Shown: in pieces, positions 47,901 through 57,876 of the stretch
Layout of the letters: each line of letters starts with the position of its first letter
Numbering within the stretch: position 1 is the stretch's first letter
Source: Macrostomum lignano
Taxonomy: Eukaryota
Assembly (NCBI GenBank): GCA_002269645.1
Contig: NIVC01000181.1
Coordinates: 213,693 to 277,692 of the forward strand
Reading direction: 5' to 3'
Length of the DNA: 64,000 nucleotides
Program-made: the position numbers and the translations under genes
The notes under the pieces: model-generated
What the model was told of the DNA's origin: nothing
What the model saw: only the letters and a program-made list of their open reading frames with translations
Database searches by the model: none

Positions 47901-49309
47901 CACCAATGGTGGGCAGCTCTAGTAGAGCTTGGCACACTGCCAGCAGCCGATGGCCCGGCTGGTACAGCGAGAACTCCACGGCCACTGCCCGGGTGCGCCG
48001 ATTGAAGGCCCAGTCGGAGCGGGCTAGCTGATCGATGGTTTCCATGGCAACGGTGACGTTCGAGTCCAGGTAGCGAGGCCGGCCCAGACAGTGAAGGAAC
48101 GGACTCTGACGGGCTGGTATTAAATAGCCGCAGCCGATCTGTGGAATTTCGTGCATTATGCGCTGCATCACTACGAGATGTACTATTAAAGTGCATCGGT
48201 AGTTCATAAAACTGTTATAGCATTTTTACACTTTATTTGCCACTGCGATGTTTCTTCGCAACTGCGAACTGCCTTTTTACACCCTGTGTGAGCGCTCAGT
48301 AGGCAGCGGAATGAACCTGACTGCTTGCCTCTTTGTTGGCTGTGGGTTGACTGTCGCCTTGGACTTGCGTCAGTCAACTGCCGCACAAAGACTCTAGCTC
48401 AGAAGCTATATGAGGCAAACAAAGACTCCAGCTCAGAAGCTATATGCAGCAAACAAAGACTCCAGCTCAGAGCTATATGTGGCAAACAAAGACTGCAGCT
48501 CAGAAACAAAGACTGCAGCTAAGAAGCTACATATAGCAAATAGACTGCAGATCAAAAGCAGCAAACGTACAGCAAACAAAGACTCCAGCTCAGAAGCTGG
48601 CAAACAAAGACTCCAGCTCAGAAGCTATATGTAGCAAACAAAGACTGCAGCTCAGAAGATACATATAGCAAACAGACTGTAGCTAAGAAGCTGCATGTAG
48701 CAAACAAAGACTCACGGAAACTGCGCCATCCGCTGCACCCGTAGCTGCCGGGTCCGCATCATCGACCAGACAGTCGGGGGAACCGCTGCCACCAACGACG
48801 CTCGCAACCGTCTTCGGGCAGGCGACCGACGCGCCTCGAAGTCGTCGCAGACGCGGCGGCGCAGTTGACGGCCAGACAAGCGCGGCGTCGTGCGAGTAGA
48901 CAAAGACCGACCCGCCCGCTGATGGCTTCAGCAGGCCGGCCGTGCCGTAGAGGCCGGGCAGCAGGGCCAGCCGGCACCAGCGCCAGAACGCAACCGCGTC
49001 GCGGGCGGAGCTCAACGGCTGCGTGGCGTTCGACGGCACCTGGCGGCCGAGGCCACCGCCGTCGAACAGGACGCTGCGAAGGTGCCGATGGAGTCGCCAG
49101 TTTGATCCGCCACCTCCGCCGGAGCAACTGCCGACTGAAGCGGCGGCGGCCAGAGCCAGCAGGCCGAGCTGGAGGCAGACGGCCGAGGCGTGGGCAAGAC
49201 GGCGCCGTCGGCTTTCGGATGGCCGCGTCTGGGACAGCAGGCGCCACGGCAGCCAGTCGGGCAGGCGGCGGCCGCCGCTGTTTTGGCCGGTTGGCGTCTG
49301 GGTTGCCAT
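44905..49309 (-). CDS. Divergent polycystin (TRPP/PKD2-like) channel; about 5 exons: 48716-49309, 47551-48138 or 48162, about 46534-46898, 45835 to about 46130, 44905 to about 45230
   Basis: AFWRWCRLALLPGLYG, PPRLRRLR...C and DWAFNRRTRAVAVEFSLYQPGHRLLAVCQALLELPTIG resemble the polycystin TOP domain; hydrophobic TM segments follow. The exon 3/4 junction is unresolved. Confidence 0.72.
45262..45752. repeat. 23/22-bp minisatellite (intronic)
   Basis: Unit TTGAGGTGGATGGAGTGAGTGCT. Confidence 0.94.
46224..46525. repeat. 37-bp minisatellite (intronic)
   Basis: Unit CCACCTCACGCCCTGGCTATCCAGGCCTTTCCGAAAC. Confidence 0.92.
47031..47493. repeat. About 37-bp minisatellite (intronic)
   Basis: Unit CTTATCTTTCCTACCCCTCGCGACACCCACCTCACGC. 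Confidence 0.92.
48380..48712. repeat. Degenerate repeat of about 34 bp (intronic)
   Basis: Recurrent GCAAACAAAGACT(C/G)CAGCTCAGAAGCT. Confidence 0.8.
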
Positions 49310-49820
49310 GGTAACTGCGGGCAGGGGAGTGATGTATCGAGCAAATACTACATGAGTACATCCAGACTGAACAAAGACTACGTATTAGTACATCCAGACT
49401 GACCAAAGACTGTAGATTAGTGCATCCAGACTGAACAAAGACAACACATTAAAACCATCCAGACTGAACAAAGACTGAACAAATAGTACATCCAGACTGA
49501 AAAAGACAGACATTGGTCTAAAAAGTTCGCCAAAAGGGTGTTAGTTTGTTGGGGGACGGTTTGGCGCAGCCAGCTCACCCCTGAGCAGGCACACGCTCAC
49601 ACAGGGTGTACAGCAGCCCTGACTTTCTAATCGTGAGACATGTACACTCTCTGTGCCTTAGGCGTTAGCTCTTATCGATGAGAATTTCAGGAGAATCTCC
49701 AACCCCCTAATTAATGTGTGCAAGCCCGGAATCAAACCCAAGTTTACTTCGGCGCGAGAATCAGACGCGATTGGCCCGCGCTGCCGCCAAATGGTGTAGA
49801 AATTAATGGCTAGATTATCC

Positions 49821-50269
49821 CACAGACACTTGAATAGCTGGATGGGCCACTCAGCATATTTGTGTGTAAACTACTTTCAGTTCAGTAGTAAGTTAAACTG
49901 AAGCATTTTATTGTATTTTTAAATGGCTCAATTTATTGGCTCTTACTCCAGCTTAAACCATCCAACTGCGCCTTTCCACACTACCCCCGCCGCCTCGTCC
50001 CAATTTTTATTGCCTTTCTCGGACTCCCAGCCTGAAGCTGCAGCTTTGTACATTTCAGTGGACTGGCTAATGTACATTATTGCTGAACCAATTAGCAAGT
50101 TGTTTACGCCTACAAGCCTGGGCTTCTAAACTTATCAAAGTCATTTCAGATTGCCTTTATTTTTATAAAATAGCTTATGTATTCTTCTTTGCTACTGAAC
50201 TGAAAGTAGAAAGCTGTTTTACTAAGTATATGTGCCTGAGTGGCCCATCTAGTTATTTTAGTATCTGTG
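49821..50269. mobile_element. MITE-like element, copy 2
   Basis: Colinear with 25414-25863 with scattered substitutions; same CACAG...CTGTG termini. Confidence 0.85.
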
Positions 50270-51004
50270 GACTATACTTAGATTTTTAAAATTCTATCTG
50301 CTTTCAATTAGAAGTGCGCATGGACTACGAACGTAGCTGCATGGTCTGGTTCCAATATTTTTTATGGAATCGCGTCAGCGTTTCGTCATGGTCTCGGCTG
50401 CAGAAACAGCCGCAGTCAGGCTTGGTGAAACACTCATTACCAGTAGATACGATTCTCCGTTGCACGCCCTGATGCATGAGAGAGTGGCGCAAAAGAAAAG
50501 GGCTGCTGGTTTCTGCTTCTGCTGTTGCTGTTTTTGCTGCAGTCGCTTCTGAGACAGAGCAAGACAGAATTAAAGATGAGGAGAAACTCCGCTTTTACAG
50601 TTGGGCTTGGCCAACTCTCTCTCTCTCTCTTTCAGTCTTTCTTTTACTGGGCTTCTTCTGTCTTTTTTGTCCCGTCCCGCTGTCTGCTTCTGGCGCGGAA
50701 GCAGCTTGATAGAAATAGTCTCAGACTCAGTCTCAACTCACTCATCCATTCCTAGGCAAAATACCTGTCGATTGAATTGCTATTTTTAGATTGTTGAGCC
50801 AACTGAAGCTCAAGCTGCTGTCTTTTACTAAAATACTTTCTTCTTGGGTGTAAAATAGGTTTACACCAACTTATGCTGGCATGGAAGTCTTAATTTAATT
50901 TTTTTTATTTAAAAATAAATTTTTAGTCAGTATATTTCATTGATTTCATTTTAGATTTCATACAGCATTACTAGATTCAAATTTTTACCTAGTTGGCACA
51001 TTAA

Positions 51005-51478
51005 TTACCTAATCAGTAGACTCATTACCTAATCAGCAAATTCATTACCTAATCAGCAGATTCACTACCTAATCAGTAGATTTACTACCTAATCGGTAGA
51101 TTTATTACCTAATCAGTAGATTCACTACCTAATCGGTAGATTTATTACCTAATCAGTAGATTCACTACCTAATCAGTAGACTCATTACCTAATCAGCAGA
51201 TTCATTACCTAATCAGCAGATTCACTACCTAACCGGTAGATTTATTACCTAATCAGCAGATTCATTACCTAATCAGTAGATTCACTACCTAATCGGTAGA
51301 TTTATTACCTAATCAGTAGATTCACTACCTAATCAGCAGATTCACTACCTAATCAGCAGATTCACTACCTAATCAGCAGATTCACTACCTAATCAGCAGA
51401 TTCACTACCTAATCAGCAGATTGACTACCTAATCAGCAGATTCACTACCTAATCGGTAGATTCACTACCTAATCAGTC
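51005..51478. repeat. 20-bp minisatellite
   Basis: Unit ATTCACTACCTAATCAGCAG. Confidence 0.95.
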
Positions 51479-52009
51479 GGTTCAAAATCCTCTGATCAAA
51501 TCTGCGCTTTTATACTATTCCAAACTCATCGCAGACGGAGGCTTGGAGCTGCAATGCACTCATACAGGAAAAATAAGCATAAACACTATAATCCCATCCA
51601 CTCATCTAGCCAGGCATGAACAGACTCTCAAGGGATTTCTGTCTCAGTGATATCTCTGTGTTACACCCTTAAATCATTAGCATACATGCAGTTATAGAGT
51701 CTCATAAAATATGAGTTGTAACCAGCTAGCTTTCTTTTTCGTTACAAGTAGTCAATTTTTGTAATTTATTTTCTATAGTGCATGCGCTCTCAGTAACTCT
51801 GATTTAGAACTGCAAACAGTTGAATTCGAACGGGAAGTCAGGGGGGGGGCAAAGACGTTGAAAGGGTTTTAAACAGATGTCAGAGAGGGCGCCAAAATAA
51901 GCGTGATAGGGCGCCTAAATAGGCATCAGAGAAGCGCCAATAATAGTGTCAGAAAAAACGCCAAAAAAGCGAGAAAAGGGCGCCAAAAAGGTGTTCAATA
52001 GGGCGCCAG

Positions 52010-52388
52010 AATAAGTGTGTCAGATTGGGCGCCATAAAGGTGTGTCAGATAGGGCGCCAGAGTAGGTATGTCAGATAGGGCGCCAGAATAGGTGTGTCAG
52101 ATAGGGCGCCAGAATAGGTGCGTCAGATAGGGCGCCAGAATAGGTGCGTCAGATAGGGCGCCAGAATAGGTGTGTCAGATAGGGCGCCAGAGTAGGTATA
52201 TCAGATAGGGCGCCAGAATAGGTGTGTCAGATAGGGCGCCAGAATAGGTGTGTCAGATAGGGCGCCAGAATAGGTGTGTCAGATAGGGCGCCAGAATAGG
52301 TGTGTCAGATAGGGCGCCAGAATAGGTGTGTCAGATAGGGCGCCAGAATAGGTGTGTCAGATAGGGCGCCAGAATAGGTGTGTCAGAT
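52010..52388. repeat. 26-bp minisatellite
   Basis: Unit GTGTCAGATAGGGCGCCAGAATAGGT; degenerate precursors from about 51885. Confidence 0.93.
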
Positions 52389-53124
52389 CTATAGCCGCAG
52401 GGGCTATAGATGTACTCACCATGCAATACCGGATATGCTGAATGCCAGTGGTAATCAGTTTTGAATTTTATCCGAATCTCCTTGCCCCGAGTCTGAGGCC
52501 AGAAAAAACTGCTTATAGAGTTAGTGCATGTGTTTATAGCTACGGAAAGTTCCCAGGTAAGCGCCAGAGTGAAGAACTCACACCCCCCAACAAGCCTATT
52601 ACTAGCCAGCAGTAAGAAGCGGCAAGAGTGGATAGAACCCATGCAAGCCCCACCCTCCATCTGCAGTTGCTCAGCCCGCGCGTTGCCATTGTAAACAATT
52701 TGGCCTAAACGATGCCCGCGCCTGCTACCAGGCGGGATGACTCTGGGGAGAAGCAGATGCCTTAGCTATGATGCTCAGCTGAAAAATCCTCAACTTCCTA
52801 GGAAGCTGCCCCGGGGATGCCGCTGCAGCAGGGACTTAATTTATTCAGTAGAGCCTGCAGAAGTAGTATAAGGCCGGAGCCTGCGCTAACCACTACTTCC
52901 CTCCTCCATCTTTCCAGGAGTATCTCTTGAGTAGCTTTCATTTTTGTTGATGGGATTTGGATTTTTCCCGCAGCCCTTTGTTCCAGTCTAGTCAAAAGTA
53001 TGCGATTTTGTTCTCAAGAATTTTTTTCGCCACAAACCCGCTGAGCCTCCTAGTAACCCCCTGCCCCTCGCGGCGCTGTCACAGTTAGTTGCCATGACAA
53101 CCGATGTAGCTATTAACTCACATT

Positions 53125-54416
53125 AGGTGACTCTCTTACCGTTGTCAAGAGACTCTCTCGCCAATGTCACTCATTTTAGTGACTCTCTCACCAATGTCAC
53201 TCACTTTAGTGACTCTCTCGCCGATGTCACTCATTTTAGTGACTCCCTCGCCTATGTCACTCACTTTAGTGACTCTCTCGCCGATGTCACTCATTTTAGT
53301 GACTCTCTCACCAATGTCACTCATTTTAGTGACTCTCCCACCAATTTCACTCATTCCAGTGACTCCCCGCGAATGTCACTGACTTTAGTGACTCTCACGC
53401 CAATGTCACTCACTTTAGTGACTCTCCCGCCAAGGTCACTCACACTCGTGACTCTCCCACCAAGTTCACTCATTTAAGTGACTCTCCCACTACTGTCACT
53501 CATTTAGTGACTCACCACCAATGTCACTCATTTAGTGACTCTCCCACTACTGTCACTCATTTAGTGACTCACCCACCAATGTCACTCATTTAGTGACTCT
53601 CCCACCAATGTCACTCATTTAGTGACTCTCCCACTAATGTCACTCATTTAGTGACTCTCCCACCAAGTTCACTCACTTTAGTGACTCTCCCACCAAGTTC
53701 ACTCACTTTAGTGACTCACCCGCCAAGGTCACTCATTTTAGTGACTCTCCCACCAAGTTCACTCACTTTAGTGACTCTCCCACCAAGTTCACTCACTTTA
53801 GCGACTCTCCCACCAATGTCACTCATTTTAGCGACTCTCCCACCAAGTTCACTCACTTTAGTGACTCTCCCACCAATGTCACTCATTTAGTGACTCTCCC
53901 ACTAATGTCACTCATTTAGTGACTCTCCCACCAAGTTCACTCACTTTAGTGACTCTCCCACCAAGTTCACTCACTTTAGTGACTCTCCCACCAAGTTCAC
54001 TCACTTTAGCGACTCTCCCACCAATGTCACTCATTTAGCGACTCTCCCACCAAGTTCACTCACTTTAGTGACTCTCCCACCAAGTTCACTCACTTTAGTG
54101 ACTCTCCCACCAAGTTCACTCACTTTAGCGACTCTCCCACCAATGTCACTCATTTAGCGACTCTCCCACCAAGTTCACTCACTTTAGTGACTCTCCCACC
54201 AAGTTCACTCACTTTAGTGACTCTCCCACCAAGTTCACTCACTTTAGCGACTCTCCCACCAATGTCACTCATTTTAGCGACTCTCCCACCAAGTTCACTC
54301 ACTTTAGTGACTCTCCCACCAATGTCACTCATTTAGTGACTCTCCCACTAATGTCACTCATTTAGTGACTCTCCCACCAATGTCACTCATTTAGTGACTC
54401 TCTCGCGGAGTTCATT
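53125..54416. repeat. 30/29-bp minisatellite
   Basis: Unit GTGACTCTCCCACCAAGTTCACTCACTTTA. Confidence 0.95.
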
Positions 54417-55133
54417 CATTTTAGTGAACAAATAAAAACAAACACGATTAACACACAAAGTTAAGAGCAAGCAATTATAAGCCAATGCATCTGACTATGC
54501 GAAACACAGACAAGAGACGGGACCAAGCAAGAGGATGTCATGGAGTACGACGGACTTTAAACACTTCCATGTAAACTGCTCAACTTTGATTAATTAACCA
54601 AACTAATCAGGGAATGATAAGTTCGCCTGAATGAAGACTTACGAGTACTTACCTAGAATACTAAATTAATTGTCGCATGGGGACTGCTCAAATCCCACCA
54701 TAAACCGACAACCAACCAGAGGTCTGCGTTCTCTTACTGCCAACACATTTATTATAAGTGTATATTTTTTAGTTAACGACACTGTCTTAAATACAAAAGC
54801 CAATTAAATAAGCAAAACGGCGGAGCAGAAAGCAAATATTTGATAGCAGACACGGGACAATAAAGGGCATGGGAAACGATAGGCAAAAGGCTGGCTACAA
54901 AATCGCATTGTTTGGCGTCGACGACTTTGCAAGCGCTGTCCCACTGGGTGGAAACTCGAATTAATTAGGATTGTTCGCTTATATAGTGAATACAGAGTAT
55001 AAACACACGCAGTTGGTAACTGAGGCTTTTATTGATAAGCAGAACTGAATCAAGTTTAGCTGCAGGACAGACAGCTGGTTACTGAAGATTAGGAGAAAAA
55101 GGCATGCACAGGCTCCGATACTTCGGCATGGGG

Positions 55134-55157
55134 TCAGACAGACAGACAGGCACAGAC

Positions 55158-55188
<31 letters not shown>

Positions 55189-55219
55189 CTAAGACAGACA
55201 GAGACACTATGAAAGAGAC

Positions 55220-55250
<31 letters not shown>

Positions 55251-55318
55251 CTAAGACAGACAGAGACACTATGAAAGAGACACAGACAGACAGACAGACA
55301 GACAGACAGAGACACTAT

Positions 55319-55352
<34 letters not shown>

Positions 55353-55360
55353 GACACTAT

Positions 55361-55418
<58 letters not shown>

Positions 55419-55426
55419 GACACTAT

Positions 55427-55512
<86 letters not shown>
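55134..55512. repeat. (AGAC)n microsatellite with AGACACTATGA interruptions
   Basis: Read directly; same interruption as 4590-4824. Confidence 0.95.
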
Positions 55513-56251
55513 ACGGACACATGAGATGCAGAATCACAATCGATACAGTAAAAGCTTGGTCGAACAATTACCCAATAAAAATAATTAAGCTCCGCAGGGG
55601 GCGCACAGATTTGATGCAAGCAAGGAAATTAATATAAAAGTTCTACACTTGAATAAATCAACAACAGTGAGAAATTAAAACTACTGTGCTGTTTATTGCT
55701 ACAGACAGGCAATAAAGATATAGTATCAAATAATTAAAGAATTTAATTCAACATCGAGTGCACTATTGCCACAGTTGAGTGCAGCTTATCAGTTATACTG
55801 TGAATTCTATTGATATACTATTAATAGTAAGCAATTGGTGCGCATTGTTATAAAGGAAATTTCGATAATTATTTTAATTGAAATAAATTGCCTAACCCAC
55901 AGCCGTTTAACCTCAATAGTTTCATAGTCCAATTAATTAGTTAATTGTGCCAAAGCACGAAATTCCAGCAAGTCCACCATTCTTAGAAGGGCTCAGGCAA
56001 GGAGTTAAATGAGTTTTTTAAAAACTTTAAATAAGTTTAAAAAAATAATATTTGTTGTTCAGAATGAATTCGGTGTACAAAAATGTTTAACTAACAGACG
56101 CAGAGTGAAATACATCACTGGGTGAAGTTGACGGGAGTGCAAAGATCAGAACTGGGCCTAAGCTGTGCTCAGTTGAAACCGGAACTAATCGTCCTTTTTT
56201 AATTAAGGCTTTGAAGTTGAAATCACAGGTAAGGGTAAGGAGTTGAGGGAA

Positions 56252-56710
56252 GACGGTGTACATTGGAGTAAGGGGTTAACGGGAGTGTACATTAGGGTAA
56301 GGGGTTGAGGGGATTGTACATTAGGGTAGGGGGTTGAGGGGAGTGTACATTAGGGTAAGGGGTTGAGGGGAGTGTACATTAGGGTAAGGGGTTGAGGAGA
56401 GTGTACATTAGGGTAAGGAGTTGAGGGGAATGTACATTAGGGTAAGGGGTTGAGGGGAGTGTACATTAGGGTAAGGGGTTGAGGGGGTGTACATTAGGGT
56501 AAGGGGTTGAGGAGAGTGTACATTAGGGTAAGGGTTTGAGGGGAGTGTACAATGAGGTAAGGGGTTAAGGGGAGTGTACATTAGGGTAAGGGGTTGAGGA
56601 GAGTGTACATTAGGGTAAATGTTTGAGGGGAGTGTACATTAGGGTAAGGGTTTGAGGGGAGTATACATCAGGCGGGGAAGGGGGTTGAGGGCCGAGAGTG
56701 TACATTAGGA
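56252..56710. repeat. 29-bp G-rich minisatellite containing TTAGGG
   Basis: Unit CATTAGGGTAAGGGGTTGAGGGGAGTGTA. Confidence 0.94.
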
Positions 56711-57239
56711 CACCAAACGCAGGCGGAGCCTAAATTAAAAGTGACAATAAGTTTTCTGCTTATAACACAATTATATATCCACAAGTTACTGACCATAATG
56801 TGATAACTAAATTAATGTAAGCAAGTAAAATGTAGTAAAAATATATAATTCTTAAATAGCAAAGCATTGCATAGAAGCTGGCACGCGCTGAAAGCGACAC
56901 AAAAAAGAAAAATTCGAGACAGAGAGAAAAAAATTGGCGAAGCCGACTGTGTAATTATTTTATATAATATATTATAATTTTGACGTACATGGAGATGCGA
57001 AAAAGCTGTAGCTAGAGCTTCGGCTGGAGTAAAACAATAAAATATTATAAAAGTTTAACTAACAGCGAACACGATTAGTTAGAAATCGACACAAAAAACA
57101 ACAAAAAAAACCATTTTGAACAAAAGAAAGCCTCAGAAATAGACCATACCTATAGTGAATTTATATATTCTATATTAGTGGCATAATGCCAAACAGTTTA
57201 GTCCAAAAAGCTACTTGCCACTCCAGGTGAAACTATTAT

Positions 57240-57625
57240 TGCAGTCTATGACCTAAAGTGGGTAGTTTCTGCAGCAGTCTATGGCTTAAACTGCGTAGTA
57301 GTTTCTGTAGTAGTCAATGGCCTGAAGTGGGTAGTAGTCTCTGCAGCAGTCTATGGCTTAAAGTGGGTAGTTTCTGTAGTAGTCTATGGCCTAAAGTGGG
57401 TAGTGGTTTCTGTAGTAGTCAATGGCCTAAAGTGGGTAGTAGTTTCTGCAGCATTCTTTGGCCTAAAGTGGTTAGTTTCTGCAGCAGTCTATGGCCTAAA
57501 GTGGGTAGTGGTTTCTGTAGTAGTCTATGGCCTAAAGTGGGTAGTGGTCTCTGCAGCAGTCTATGGCCTAAAGTGGGTAGTGGTCTCTGCAGCAGTCTAT
57601 GGCCTAAAGTGGGTATTAGTTTCAG
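57240..57625. repeat. 36/33-bp degenerate minisatellite
   Basis: Unit GGCCTAAAGTGGGTAGTGGTTTCTGCAGCAGTCTAT. Confidence 0.9.
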
Positions 57626-57876
57626 TAGCAGTAGACCGGTTAACATCAGGTTACCACATTTAATTTGCCAACATTTGTCAAGTTTTTTACTTACGCATTA
57701 TTATTTATTCTCAGCTAACCAAAGCGGACACAACTATACAGACACAACATGCAATTAAAAAGCTGAATGCCCAGAAGCAGAGTAATCACAGGGACAGCAG
57801 AACCAAAGCGAAAAAAACACGAATTTCAGACAAGAAATTACATATAGTAGCTACTTATATTCTCGAACAGGATCGC

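Noticed and set aside
50364-52995. Short ORFs at 50364-50789 and 52331-52995
   Set aside because: No recognisable domains or consistent splice structure; low complexity or repeat-derived.
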